A DNA stretch of 64,000 bases from a virus. The DNA is taken from the IMG/VR virus record IMGVR_UViG_3300050821_005065, positions 1-64,000 of that record, one strand, 5' to 3'. Position 1 is the stretch's first letter, and each line of letters begins with the position of its first letter. The notes under the pieces were generated by a model, which was not told the origin of the DNA, made no database searches, and saw only the letters and a list, made by a program, of their open reading frames with translations. Made by a program: the position numbers and the translations under genes. Shown here one piece after another: positions 19,286 to 29,386 of the stretch.

Positions 19286-19701
19286 CCTCTACCCCGGCTT
19301 ACCAACTGCGCCACTTTACTGAGTTCGAACTTGCCTGTAGACATTGCGGTCGGCAGGGATGCACTGAAGAATTAAAACAAGCCTTGGACGACTACCGCGA
19401 TGTTGTGAAACTCCCCGTGATCGTGAACGACGCTTATCGCTGCGAGGAGCACAATGCGGCGGTCAGTTTGGTCTCAAAGTCTCAGCACCCGGAAGGCACT
19501 GCCGCCGATATTCGAGTACCTGGCTTGACTCTCCAAGAAATGTACGACGCCGCACTGAAGATTCCTGCTTTCAAATATGGCGGGATCGGCGTGTACGACA
19601 AAAACTTTATCCACGTTGACGTACGGCACACGGGCCTGGCGCGCTGGGCGTTTGTGGGCAACAAAGAGATGAGCATCGCAGAATCAGGATTGGTGAAATG
19701 A
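19282..19701 (+). CDS. Endolysin, peptidase M15A family
   Basis: ELACRHCG, AYRCEEHNAAV, SQH...AADI, GGIGVY...FIHVDVR. Confidence 0.88.
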   Translation: MTSTPAYQLRHFTEFELACRHCGRQGCTEELKQALDDYRDVVKLPVIVNDAYRCEEHNAAVSLVSKSQHPEGTAADIRVPGLTLQEMYDAALKIPAFKYGGIGVYDKNFIHVDVRHTGLARWAFVGNKEMSIAESGLVK

Positions 19702-19784
19702 GTATCAAGTACGGGACACATGTTCTCTTACAAGAGCAGGCGCACATCCTCGGATATTGGATGAAGACTTAAGCAGGAGACCTT

Positions 19785-20207
19785 ATGGCAACCAGTAATC
19801 CCAGAGTGACGCAGATCGCGTTAAACGCGAATACGGGCGTGATGGTCAACATCATGTTGACCATGATGGCCTCGAAAGTCCTGGTCATGGAAGACCCCTC
19901 GGTCAACAACGGCGTTCCGCAAGGACTGCAGGGCTATTACATCGACACGCAACCGCCTCAGCCAGCAATCCCAATTGAAGCTGGCGGCGCTCCTCCTCCG
20001 CAAGCCACTCCGCAAGGGCTACAAGTGTGGCTTCCGCAAACCACGGGACAGGAAGGTCCAGCCTATCAACCAATCATCCTCGGTGGAACCGATGGCCGCG
20101 TGCATGGCGGGGAAGGCGATTACGTTGGAGCGCAAGGGTTAGTGGTCCTGCAGCTCCAGAGCTATTCGGAAACGCCGTCACAGGTGCTGTTGTTGGAATG
20201 GGCATAG
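19785..20207 (+). CDS. Hypothetical protein, possibly a virion component
   Basis: CAGGAG RBS; 140-aa ORF. Confidence 0.6.
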   Translation: MATSNPRVTQIALNANTGVMVNIMLTMMASKVLVMEDPSVNNGVPQGLQGYYIDTQPPQPAIPIEAGGAPPPQATPQGLQVWLPQTTGQEGPAYQPIILGGTDGRVHGGEGDYVGAQGLVVLQLQSYSETPSQVLLLEWA

Positions 20208-20209
20208 CG

Positions 20210-20455
20210 ATGAAATTCCCACAGCCAAAACCATCCCCGCTAATTGATCAGGTTCACGCCTGGGCAGATGCGTGCCTCGGACAAGTGAAAGCAGGGAACG
20301 TTGAGAAGGCTGTGTACTGTGCGGAAGCGGCAGCGCATTGCGCATTTCTTTACATGGAATCCGTCTCTGGAACGATGGATCGGGAATGGCGGATACTGCG
20401 CGGGTGGAAGCCGATTCCCGGACCAATCGGTACAACTACGTGGGTGTTGGCATGA
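20210..20455 (+). CDS. Hypothetical protein
   Basis: Tightly packed ORF. Confidence 0.5.
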   Translation: MKFPQPKPSPLIDQVHAWADACLGQVKAGNVEKAVYCAEAAAHCAFLYMESVSGTMDREWRILRGWKPIPGPIGTTTWVLA

Positions 20456-20712
20456 AACTCCCTTGGGTTTCCCGTGAACTCTTCAATCACGTTAAGCAAC
20501 AGTTGCAGGACTCGGAAGATGAGCGCCTATGGCTCCTTAAGAAACTCGCCGAACGGCCCGAAGTCCAAGCCGACGCGAAACCAGAGAAAGAAGAGTCGCA
20601 AGGTCCGCAACCCTACACCACGCCCTTTGATCGGATTGAGGCGAGATTTAATGAAGCTCTGCGAAGCGGACGGCTCACCGACAAGTCAAAGTACCGAGCG
20701 AGGATGCACTAA
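20452..20712 (+). CDS. Hypothetical protein preceding the portal
   Basis: ATGA overlap; its stop codon abuts the portal start. Confidence 0.6.
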   Translation: MKLPWVSRELFNHVKQQLQDSEDERLWLLKKLAERPEVQADAKPEKEESQGPQPYTTPFDRIEARFNEALRSGRLTDKSKYRARMH

Positions 20713-23289
20713 TTGAGCACTTTGCCCATTGGCGCAATCGGAGGTGATCCCCAAGGGGGGCAAGAGACCGGAGGCACGCCGCAAAACGTCGCGGAAACTT
20801 CATGGCAGAATCCCTCACAGGCCAGTCCAGAAGACGACAGTTACTTCTCGACCCAAGGTGTATCCGATGACGATCAGAAGATGCTCAAAGACATTATCAC
20901 GGACTACCGCTCGAACTGGATGCAGGACCGGATTGAACGATTAGCGCAGTGGATGGCAAACCTACTCTACTGGAAAGGCGTGCAAGTTCTCGGCTGGGAT
21001 GCAAGTTCAAACTGCTGGTATGACGCGCTCTCGTGGGCCAGAAACAACAGCCAGGAATCGGGGGAAGATACCGACCTTGAGCGCTGGATCAATCCTCTGG
21101 TGCTGATGTTCTGCAATGTATTCACGGCCACCATGAGCCAGGGGATTCCAAAGCCCGTGATTAAGCCAGAGAACGCCAACCCGGAACTACAGGACATCGT
21201 AACCGCCAAAGCCAGCAAAGAAGCCATCGACATCATCCGCAGCAAGAACGAATTCACCAAGATCATTTTCTCGATTTACGAACTCTTGTTTCTCTTCGGC
21301 TCTTACTTTCGCTACACCCGTGCCGTGATTGACGGCAAAATGTTCGGCTACGAAGAGCGCCAGCAGTTTGCAGACATGGAGATCCAGACCGGCCCGCATT
21401 TTACCTGCCCGAACTGCGGCACGGAAAGCCCAGCAGAATCTCCCGATGGAATGAATTGTCCAAGCTGCGGCGCGTTTATGGGGCAGGAAAGCTACTACGC
21501 CGCCGGAGAAGGCAGCCGTACAAGCCTGAAATCCGCCGGGACGCAGAAGATTCCGAAAGCTGGCGTGAAGTGGTCTCTGCACTCTCCATTAGAAATTGAT
21601 TGTGACCCGAAGTGCAAAGGGACTCACCCTCTGCGGCAGACGGCGATTCTCGCGAAAGATTGCGAGATCGATTTCTCCGAAGCCTGCACCATGTTCCCAA
21701 AGTTTAGAGACCGGATCAAACCAGGCGCGGGCTCGCCAACGACGCCCAACGCCGATCTAGAGCGCATCAACCGCATCATGGCAATCAGCGCGCTTGGGGG
21801 AATCACCGCCGACAACGAGATGGTGAATCCAACCTACTCGGAAGTCTGGGTACAGCCGTGGGCCTATGCCAAGAAAAAAGATTGGGACTTCGCCGACCGT
21901 ATGCGCGCCAAGTTTCCCGAAGGCTTAAAGATTTCGATGGTGGGAGAAGAAGTCGTAGACATCCGCGCAGCCGTCCTCGAAAAAGAGTGGAGCCATTGTG
22001 CGCTGTATGCCAATCAAGGCGTCTACTGTGCGGCCTTGGCGAATACGGCAGTTAGCTTCAACGCCAGATTCAATCGGACGATGTGGATTCTGGACGACTG
22101 GGCGGCGCGGGCGGCCCTTGGATTGAATCTCGCCAATGCGTCGATGGTCGATACCGAGAAAATGAGCGGGAAGCCGGTTCCGGCAGGCACCTTAACCCCC
22201 GTGCCGATGAAGATCAACGGGCAGAATATTCCGATGGAGCAAATTGTTGCTCACTACGAATTGCCCATCAACGCGGCCCTCTGGAACTACCCCATGATGC
22301 TCATGACCTTTGCAGAATTGATCTTGGGGATTCCGCGGCAACTCGGAGGACAGGGAACGCAGGACGATGTTGAAACGCTCGGCGGCCAGCAGTTGCAACT
22401 CGCACGGTCGCTCACCACACTGAAGCCCTACTTCAAGAACGTGAAAAACGAGTCTGCCGAAGCCGACCAGAACGCGATTGAGTGCTTGCAGAATTTGATG
22501 AAAGTGGGTGCGGTCAAAGAGATTCAGGATGTCATCGAGTCGAAGGGTGGAGCCTTCCAGAACCAAACCGTCAAGTGGGACCAGATGACGGGGAACGTGA
22601 GAATTTCCGCGGATGAAGATCAGGAACTCCCAGCCTCGCCCGAAGAGTTACGCACAGCCGTGCAGATGATGTTCCAGGAATTGACCAAAGGCAATCCGGC
22701 GGCCGCGAAGTGGTTCGACGTGCCGGCCAATCAGGACCAGGCCCTCAGTTCGATGGTTCCTGACAGCGTGAACCCTACAGAAGCGCAACGGCTCAAGACC
22801 GAGGCCGACATTCAAACCATCGTGGATCAGGGCGTGCAAGTCTCCTTGAACCCGGATGGCAGCCAGGGGACACAACTTCCAGTTCAACCCGAAGCGTGGG
22901 AAGACTACTCCGTCGCCAAAGAAATCGTACAGCGTTACATGCTGGAAAATTATCAGCTACGAACCGAAAAGCCGGATCGCTGGCAGGCTCTGTCGCAGTA
23001 TTACTCGCAACTCAAACAGAGCGAGATGCAGGTTGGGCAAGAGCAGGCACAGAGACAGCTTGCGGTTACGACCGCTGGTCAGCCGAAGCCGCCTGCGCCC
23101 GACCCGGCGATTCAAAGCGAATTCCAGCAGCAGCTTCAGGCCGCACAGCTTGCGATTCAAACGCTCGTGAGAATTGCTCAAGTAGATCCAGTCTTGACGG
23201 GCGGACAGATGAAAGATCAAGTCGCCGCCAGCAAGGAAGTAATCGATTCGACCGTGAATGCCGCCAAATTAATGAATGGTGGGAAATAA
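20713..23289 (+). CDS. Portal protein with Zn-ribbon insertion
   Basis: 858 aa, first in the portal-scaffold-capsid order; helical podovirus-portal features, Gln-rich C-terminal tail; CPNCG...CPSCG insert. Confidence 0.8.
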   Translation: MSTLPIGAIGGDPQGGQETGGTPQNVAETSWQNPSQASPEDDSYFSTQGVSDDDQKMLKDIITDYRSNWMQDRIERLAQWMANLLYWKGVQVLGWDASSNCWYDALSWARNNSQESGEDTDLERWINPLVLMFCNVFTATMSQGIPKPVIKPENANPELQDIVTAKASKEAIDIIRSKNEFTKIIFSIYELLFLFGSYFRYTRAVIDGKMFGYEERQQFADMEIQTGPHFTCPNCGTESPAESPDGMNCPSCGAFMGQESYYAAGEGSRTSLKSAGTQKIPKAGVKWSLHSPLEIDCDPKCKGTHPLRQTAILAKDCEIDFSEACTMFPKFRDRIKPGAGSPTTPNADLERINRIMAISALGGITADNEMVNPTYSEVWVQPWAYAKKKDWDFADRMRAKFPEGLKISMVGEEVVDIRAAVLEKEWSHCALYANQGVYCAALANTAVSFNARFNRTMWILDDWAARAALGLNLANASMVDTEKMSGKPVPAGTLTPVPMKINGQNIPMEQIVAHYELPINAALWNYPMMLMTFAELILGIPRQLGGQGTQDDVETLGGQQLQLARSLTTLKPYFKNVKNESAEADQNAIECLQNLMKVGAVKEIQDVIESKGGAFQNQTVKWDQMTGNVRISADEDQELPASPEELRTAVQMMFQELTKGNPAAAKWFDVPANQDQALSSMVPDSVNPTEAQRLKTEADIQTIVDQGVQVSLNPDGSQGTQLPVQPEAWEDYSVAKEIVQRYMLENYQLRTEKPDRWQALSQYYSQLKQSEMQVGQEQAQRQLAVTTAGQPKPPAPDPAIQSEFQQQLQAAQLAIQTLVRIAQVDPVLTGGQMKDQVAASKEVIDSTVNAAKLMNGGK

Positions 23290-23310
23290 CCGAAATGAGA
23301 GGACACTGAA

Positions 23311-24984
23311 ATGCCAGAACCCGTAGCTCCCGCTGCACCCGCACCTTCTGCCCCAGCCGCAGTTTCGGCTCCGGTAGCGCCCGTAGTATCTTCACCTGCG
23401 GCACCCGAAAGTTCTCCTGCTGCTCCTGCGCCTCCGAGTGCCGCGGCACCAAGCGCACCCGCTGCTCCGTCCGCTCCGGCGAAGTTTGACGCGCAGACTT
23501 CTACCGCTCCCCCAGACTCCAAATCCTATCCCGATACTCAAGATGGGATGGAGCAATTCATCATAGACAATACAGCTTGGGAGTTCGCGCACCCGGAAGA
23601 AGCCGACAGGCTCCGGCAGGCCGCGCACAAGCCCGAGACGCAAGAGAACTTCCTTGGAGAACCGGAAGCCGTTGTCGAACCCGAGGCAAAGGTTGAACCC
23701 GAGAAGCCTGCCGAAGAACCAAAGCCCACTGAGACCATCGCTGCGCCAGCAACCCCCGCTGTAATCGAAGAGTGGACAACAAAAAGTCCAGAACTGAAAG
23801 CGGCCTTTGAGAAAAATCCAGAACTGCAATCTCAGATCATGGAGATGGCAAGAGCGAACGAAGCGGCCAAGCCCGTGCTGGACATCGTTTCCACGAAGGA
23901 AGAAGCAGAATTCGCGGTCGAGCACGCGCAACGGTTGGTCAGTGTGCAAGCCAACTGGATGCTCGCAGCCAACGATCCCGACATGATCCCCGCAGCCTAC
24001 GAGCAAACCGTAGACTTCTTCAAAGAGCGGGATGCGAACGGAGCGGAGATCAAAGGGCCAGACGGCCAGCCAAAAATGGGAGCGGATTTCCCTATCTTCC
24101 AACGGTCAGTCGCTACACCGCTGTTTGAGAATTTCAAAGCCGGAGCGGACGCGAAACTTGCTGCCTTGAAAGCCGCCCCGGTTCCCGATGAGGAAGCGAT
24201 TCAGCAAGCGGAGTACGACGTCGCAGGACTGGCCTTCGCCATTGACATGATCAAGCGCGGTGGCGCGGAGCCAGCCATTCCGTCATTGCCGGCCGATGCG
24301 ACCCCAGCGCAGATCGAAGCCCAGAAGAGGCTTGAGAAACTCTCCGCAGAAGTAGACGAAAAGAACGGCAAGCAAAACGCGGCCACGCGCAAAGCCGCGA
24401 ACCAAGCAGTGACCAAGAGAGTGCAAACGGCCTACGAGCAGGGCGTCGTCTCTTACATCCAAACCAAAGTTGCGGAGATGAAGGAGCGCGGCGAATATCT
24501 CCCCGAATTCGTACTGCAAGACAAGTGGTTCAATCCGGCCACACAAAAGCTCACAAACCTCTCCGCGTTCGATGTGAAGATCTATCAAACGCTCAACGAC
24601 AAAATCAACAAGAACCCCGTTCACCATGCGAAGCTTCTGAGCCTTGAAGTCATGGGCGCTGCCGGAGAAGAGGCCCGACTCGCCGAAGTGAAACGGTTGC
24701 AAGGTCTCTATCTGCCAAAAATCTTCGACGCGGAAGTCAAGCGCATTCAGGACGGCATCCGCGCGACCTCCAAGGCCCAACCGCCCGCAACCGTGGCTGG
24801 AAAAGTGGCTCGTGTCGAACCGCAATCCCAAGGCACCGTCGTCCCTCAAGCCATGAACGATCAGCAAATGCGAACCTGGGCCGAAGGAGAAGCCAAGAAA
24901 GCGGATGGCTATGCTGGAATGCCGACTCGCGATCGTGAAGAGCTCGTGATGCAAATCATGATGAAAAAGAAGTACGGAGCCTAA
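23311..24984 (+). CDS. Putative capsid scaffolding/assembly protein
   Basis: Pro/Ala-rich N-terminus and acidic helical body; sits between portal and capsid genes. Confidence 0.65.
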   Translation: MPEPVAPAAPAPSAPAAVSAPVAPVVSSPAAPESSPAAPAPPSAAAPSAPAAPSAPAKFDAQTSTAPPDSKSYPDTQDGMEQFIIDNTAWEFAHPEEADRLRQAAHKPETQENFLGEPEAVVEPEAKVEPEKPAEEPKPTETIAAPATPAVIEEWTTKSPELKAAFEKNPELQSQIMEMARANEAAKPVLDIVSTKEEAEFAVEHAQRLVSVQANWMLAANDPDMIPAAYEQTVDFFKERDANGAEIKGPDGQPKMGADFPIFQRSVATPLFENFKAGADAKLAALKAAPVPDEEAIQQAEYDVAGLAFAIDMIKRGGAEPAIPSLPADATPAQIEAQKRLEKLSAEVDEKNGKQNAATRKAANQAVTKRVQTAYEQGVVSYIQTKVAEMKERGEYLPEFVLQDKWFNPATQKLTNLSAFDVKIYQTLNDKINKNPVHHAKLLSLEVMGAAGEEARLAEVKRLQGLYLPKIFDAEVKRIQDGIRATSKAQPPATVAGKVARVEPQSQGTVVPQAMNDQQMRTWAEGEAKKADGYAGMPTRDREELVMQIMMKKKYGA

Positions 24985-25006
24985 CTCTTAGCCTGTGGAA
25001 ATCAGT

Positions 25007-25035
25007 TTGCATTCTATGACTTCTCGTAGTATGTT
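25007..25035 (+). promoter_or_regulatory. Sigma70-like promoter for the major capsid gene
   Basis: TTGCAT-17 bp-TATGTT in the intergenic region. Confidence 0.5.
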
Positions 25036-25041
25036 GCAGAT

Positions 25042-25130
25042 GTTCTCTCCTTCTACCACCTCCAGAATTGTTCTGGACCGTGTAACCGCAAGCAATTCCC
25101 CTCTCACCTTTTCTTGCGGAAGGAGATAAC
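25042..25130 (+). promoter_or_regulatory. Structured 5' leader that can sequester the capsid RBS
   Basis: TCTCCTTC(25046-53)/GAAGGAGA(25119-26); TCCAGAA/TTCTGGA; CCGCAAG/CTTGCGG. Confidence 0.55.
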
Positions 25131-25132
25131 TC

Positions 25133-26425
25133 ATGCCCGCACCCAATTACACAACTGCTCAAAGCCAGTTGCCGCTCATGCTGCAGATCGTTGCAGACAC
25201 GGTGGCGAAGTCCCAGAATCTTGATCGAGGCATTGACAAGCGCTTTCAGGCAGTCAGCTCGAAAGATATGGGTAAAGAGAAGTATCGTCATCCCATTCAG
25301 TTTGACGAAGGCGGCCAGGGATCAGCCTACAACCCCGATGGTGGCGGCTACCCTCAAGGCACCGGGCCGGAATACCAGCAGTTCATCGTGACCCCAATTC
25401 CGATCCTCGTTGCTTTCGCCGCAACCGAATTGCTCGAGCGCATCGAAAAATCGCAAGGTCTCGAAATTGTCCAGCCCATCTCCCGCATGGTTGGTGGCGC
25501 CAAGGACAAAATGGCCCACATCCGCAACACCTTGACCCAAAGCTATAACCAGTTCATCGTGGGCACCGTAGATGCTTCTTATGCCGGCGGAAATACCGTA
25601 CAGATGGCCTCCAGCCCCTTCGGAAACCGTCTGCTCGATTTGAATAACCAGTATCTTGTGACCGACGCCTCCGGCCAGTACAACGTGCTCGGAAGCCCCG
25701 CAGTGCTGGCAAAGTCAAACTCCACCGGCGCCACTGTCGATACCGTACAGCTGGACGCCGCCCCTGCCGGACTCGTGGCCGGTTCTTCCTTCCTGTTGAT
25801 GGGTGCGACCTCTGGCGCTCCCCTCGGCCCGCAAGGTCTGCAGTACATGATCTCAACCTCGAACGCTGGCGATATGGACGGAATCTCGCGCAACCTGGCT
25901 CAAATGCAGGCTGCGGGAGTGAACGCTTCCAACTCCACGCTCACCCTGGGCATGATTCTCGCCCTCGATGTGCGGCAGCGCCAGAATGCAGGCCCGGATG
26001 CGGAAGGGGGACCACGGTTCTACTACACCTACATCTCCCAGCAATCGACCGCACGTCAGCTTGGATTCGCCAAAACCACGCTGATGAGCCAAGACGGCAA
26101 GCTCGACAACTTCAACATGTCGCCCGATCTGAAAGGCAAGTGGATGATCGGCACCGACGAAGTGGAAGTCGATACCACCGCGGCCAACAACACGATGTAC
26201 TGGGTCAGCGCGAATCACCTGAAGCGCGTTCGCTATCCCGGATCGCAAAAGTTTATTCCGGGCACGCTGAACGGGCTGTGGTGGCCACGTTACTCGGGGG
26301 GACAGCCGACCTCAGAACGCGACCTTTATTATCAGGACGCATACAATTACTATACTAATTTTCCCTGGTCACATGGTCTGATTCACTCGCTCGGGGTAAC
26401 TCCTGCTATGTCAGCGCCGGTTTAG
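25133..26425 (+). CDS. Major capsid protein
   Basis: 430 aa, strong AAGGAG RBS, follows the scaffold and is followed by a terminator; GLQY...GISR segment. Confidence 0.8.
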   Translation: MPAPNYTTAQSQLPLMLQIVADTVAKSQNLDRGIDKRFQAVSSKDMGKEKYRHPIQFDEGGQGSAYNPDGGGYPQGTGPEYQQFIVTPIPILVAFAATELLERIEKSQGLEIVQPISRMVGGAKDKMAHIRNTLTQSYNQFIVGTVDASYAGGNTVQMASSPFGNRLLDLNNQYLVTDASGQYNVLGSPAVLAKSNSTGATVDTVQLDAAPAGLVAGSSFLLMGATSGAPLGPQGLQYMISTSNAGDMDGISRNLAQMQAAGVNASNSTLTLGMILALDVRQRQNAGPDAEGGPRFYYTYISQQSTARQLGFAKTTLMSQDGKLDNFNMSPDLKGKWMIGTDEVEVDTTAANNTMYWVSANHLKRVRYPGSQKFIPGTLNGLWWPRYSGGQPTSERDLYYQDAYNYYTNFPWSHGLIHSLGVTPAMSAPV

Positions 26426-26466
26426 TCCATTGTAAGTTGGTATTAAGAGTCAACAAATGAGAGAGC

Positions 26467-26501
26467 CCGCGCCAGAGCCAAGTATCTGGCGCGGATTTTT
26501 A
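26467..26501 (+). terminator. Rho-independent terminator after the capsid gene
   Basis: CCGCGCCAGA-8 nt-TCTGGCGCGG followed by ATTTTTA. Confidence 0.75.
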
Positions 26502-26845
26502 TGCGACAAAGGAGATATCAAGTGAAAGAGAAATTCCTGATCTGGTTAGCATGGATTACGCCGCGTAGCCTTGCATATTGGTGCGCGGTTCGTGTCATTT
26601 CTTACGCGACTGTCGGCAAGTATAGCAATCAAGTTGTGCCTGAGTTACTTGCGATGGATGCGCTGAAACGATGGAACGACAACGATCCAGTGATGTGGAA
26701 TCCGTACAACAAAGTCGTGCAGGATCACCGCGATGGGACCATCTACGAGGAGCGCACGAATGCGGAGCGCAAGCTACGTGGCTTGCCGACTCCTTGGACT
26801 CCCGCGCTGGGTACTCTGGAGGTTCGGCAAGCACCAGAATTCTAA
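26501..26845 (+). CDS. Hypothetical protein (true start may be GTG at 26522)
   Basis: AAAGGAG RBS before GTG at 26522. Confidence 0.55.
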   Translation: MRQRRYQVKEKFLIWLAWITPRSLAYWCAVRVISYATVGKYSNQVVPELLAMDALKRWNDNDPVMWNPYNKVVQDHRDGTIYEERTNAERKLRGLPTPWTPALGTLEVRQAPEF

Positions 26846-27006
26846 GGCAATTTTTATGCCCGGATCGCGACAAGTTAACCTCGAACATAAGCAAGCGTTT
26901 CGCAAGGACGAAGGGTTTTCGCTGCGCGCGCACCTTGAAGCGAAAGGCCAGTTCTGCACGAACTGCCAGCAGCCGGAAGCCCTTTGTCGTTGTATCAAGA
27001 GACGAG

Positions 27007-27195
27007 ATGCCTGAAACCCTCGACATCAAGCAAACCGTCTGGTCGGGATCGGTGAATTACAAGGCCAAGGGCGGCGAGATCAAAGAAATTAAGATCATAC
27101 AGAACCTTGAACCCGGACAGGTTCACATGACCTTTGCCGATATTCAGATGTTAGCCAAACAAATCGCAGTGAAGTTACAGGAGGATGCTCAATAA
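27007..27195 (+). CDS. Small hypothetical protein
   Basis: MPETLDIKQ...; coupled to its neighbours. Confidence 0.45.
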   Translation: MPETLDIKQTVWSGSVNYKAKGGEIKEIKIIQNLEPGQVHMTFADIQMLAKQIAVKLQEDAQ

Positions 27196-27355
27196 TGGCG
27201 ACCGCAGCCTTAGTCGTAGCTTTGATCAGTTCCAGTTTCGTCGCAGGGCAGCAGGGCGTGAGCTTTATTGCTGCCGTGAAAGCCCTGCATCATCACACCA
27301 CAAAGCCTTTGTACCACCACGTTCTGAAGCCAGTGGGGAAAGCGATTAGTCAGTA

Positions 27356-28051
27356 ATGTACGAAGACCGCCCCCTCAAAGACACGCCCAACTGGATCACA
27401 GACGAACTCGCGGAGTATAGCGGCCTCTCTCCAGATGGGCAACCGATCTGGCGATTAGTCCTGGCGGAAAATTGCCGGTCGCACTGCTTTGGGTCAATGA
27501 ACCATATTGATCCCGCGCTGATTCAAAACATGACGGATGAGACGCGGCCGACCGACATCGTTCCTGACCGGATCGAAGAAGGAGAATTCTGGGTTCCCAA
27601 ATATCGCCAGAAGGGATGGATCTTGCAACGCTGGTTCGCGGCCTCGGCGTGGGGATCACGAAACGATTGGGAGTCGCAGAAGGCAAAGGATGGGTGCACG
27701 CGGCTCTTGGCGTCGTTTCCTCAGCGTGGGGATTACGTGATGATGCCGTGTGGACCCTGGAACTCGTTGCCGTCGATAGGGCCGCTGAAGTATGCGATCC
27801 GGTCGTTCAACCTTCAGCAGAAAAACAATCCCGCCAACTGGTCGAACGATACTCAAGCTTACATCGCGTTTGACAACTTTGAGCGAGAGCAGGCGAAAGA
27901 AAAGTTTTCGGAAGAGTTAGAAGCCCAGTACCGAGTAGGAGTTTCGTCGATGCTGCGAACGGTCTCAGGAGCGGCGCAAAGAGTGAGAAATGAGATTTCT
28001 GCAGTGACTGCTGGTGGAGTGAATCTTGGCGGAGCTGAAAAGTGGGGATGA
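27356..28051 (+). CDS. Hypothetical protein in the structural region
   Basis: 231-aa ORF, TAATG coupling. Confidence 0.7.
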   Translation: MYEDRPLKDTPNWITDELAEYSGLSPDGQPIWRLVLAENCRSHCFGSMNHIDPALIQNMTDETRPTDIVPDRIEEGEFWVPKYRQKGWILQRWFAASAWGSRNDWESQKAKDGCTRLLASFPQRGDYVMMPCGPWNSLPSIGPLKYAIRSFNLQQKNNPANWSNDTQAYIAFDNFEREQAKEKFSEELEAQYRVGVSSMLRTVSGAAQRVRNEISAVTAGGVNLGGAEKWG

Positions 28052-28130
28052 GTCGGCGGTGGGCCACCAGGCCGCAGAGCGTCCATAACGGATCGTCTGG
28101 AGGGATTGAACCTCTTTACGCCGCCGATCA
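28050..28130. ncRNA. Candidate tRNA-like four-way-junction RNA
   Basis: 9-bp closing stem and three internal hairpins; minus strand contains GAGGTTCAATCCCTC, a T-arm consensus. Confidence 0.45.
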
Positions 28131-28165
28131 ATACGAATTCTAAGTCATACCAAGGAGAACCTGCA

Positions 28166-29386
28166 ATGCCAGAAACACAACAGATAACTGAAATTCAAAT
28201 TGATGAACCTGTCGTACCCGCACTGGATCTGACACGCGGCCCAGGAGAAGAGAAGTATGGCGCAGCGTTAGGCGTCGAGCACGCCCGCCGGGAAGAATCG
28301 CGCCTTGACTTTCTAGAGCGGGAACTGGCGCGATTGCTGAATATCCCGGCTCCGCACAAAGAGATGATCGAAGGCTTGGGAGCGAAACGGCGCAAGCAGA
28401 TCATGACGGCGAAAGTGAAAGAGTTGAGAGCTCTCACCCGCAAGGTCGATGACCGCTGGGATGGGCCGTGCGCTCCGTTTACCGTGCTGAATTTCAATCC
28501 CGTGCCTTTGAAGCTGCAGGGCGTGCTCGCCGACCATAGCGTCCCGCCAGCAGGCAAAGGGAAGATCATCAAGATTCCCTACAATGGACGAACCTTCGTC
28601 GCAAGCTATGTGACCTTGTGGAACGCAAAGGTCTGGTCGGTAACGATCTCCACCGAGAGCATCAAAGGCTTTGACGAGCCGGCCATCCGCGCCGATTATC
28701 TTCCAACCAAAGGCATCGCCCACCAGTTCTACTCGCACTATGTCGAGGGAGCGATGGATGCCCTAGGCATGGGCGGAATCGTGATCTTCGATGGAGATAT
28801 TTACACCATCGCCGATAAAAAGAAACTGGAGAAAGCCAACGGCATGATCCGGGTGCCGCGGATTGATCAAGAATTAAGCACGCAAGATACCGTGGAATAT
28901 ACGTGCGACGAGCGGGCCTTCATTGAAGACGTGCTTGCCTCATCCTTGCGGCGCCAGAAAGCCTATGCGGAATCGGTAATCGTCGAAGGTCACGGCTTTG
29001 CCAACAGCCAAGCCGACGATATCAGAAACCAACTCGCGCCCAATCATCACATCTTGTGGCACAACTGGGCAATTCAAATGAACTACAAGACGGTGCCGGA
29101 AAAATGGGCCTCCGACCAATTGAGCGATACGCCGGATACGAAAGCGGTGAATTGTCCGGGATGCGGAACCCGTCAACCAACCGGGAATCCGCCGTTCTGC
29201 CCGAAGTGCAATGCACCGTTTAACGCCTTTCAATCGTTCATGGCGGGACTACCCGTTCCCGACGCATGGCTTGAGATGTACGAAGGCGAACAGTGGGAAC
29301 AAATCGTTGCCGAAAAGTCGCGGCGCCGCGCGAAGCGGGCGCAACTCGACGGCGAACCCAAGGCAGAGAAGGGAAAAGCCAAGTAG
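28166..29386 (+). CDS. Hypothetical protein with C-terminal Zn ribbon
   Basis: AAGGAG RBS; CPGCG...CPKCN. Confidence 0.7.
   Translation: MPETQQITEIQIDEPVVPALDLTRGPGEEKYGAALGVEHARREESRLDFLERELARLLNIPAPHKEMIEGLGAKRRKQIMTAKVKELRALTRKVDDRWDGPCAPFTVLNFNPVPLKLQGVLADHSVPPAGKGKIIKIPYNGRTFVASYVTLWNAKVWSVTISTESIKGFDEPAIRADYLPTKGIAHQFYSHYVEGAMDALGMGGIVIFDGDIYTIADKKKLEKANGMIRVPRIDQELSTQDTVEYTCDERAFIEDVLASSLRRQKAYAESVIVEGHGFANSQADDIRNQLAPNHHILWHNWAIQMNYKTVPEKWASDQLSDTPDTKAVNCPGCGTRQPTGNPPFCPKCNAPFNAFQSFMAGLPVPDAWLEMYEGEQWEQIVAEKSRRRAKRAQLDGEPKAEKGKAK

Noticed and set aside
20452-23289. Stop-codon reassignment suggested by in-frame TAA junctions
   Set aside because: TAA, TAG and TGA all terminate well-defined genes in this window, and the downstream genes have their own SD-like sequences
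23311-23490. Pro/Ala-rich repeats as a DNA repeat element
   Set aside because: Low-complexity protein linker with synonymous variation; not a nucleotide-level repeat
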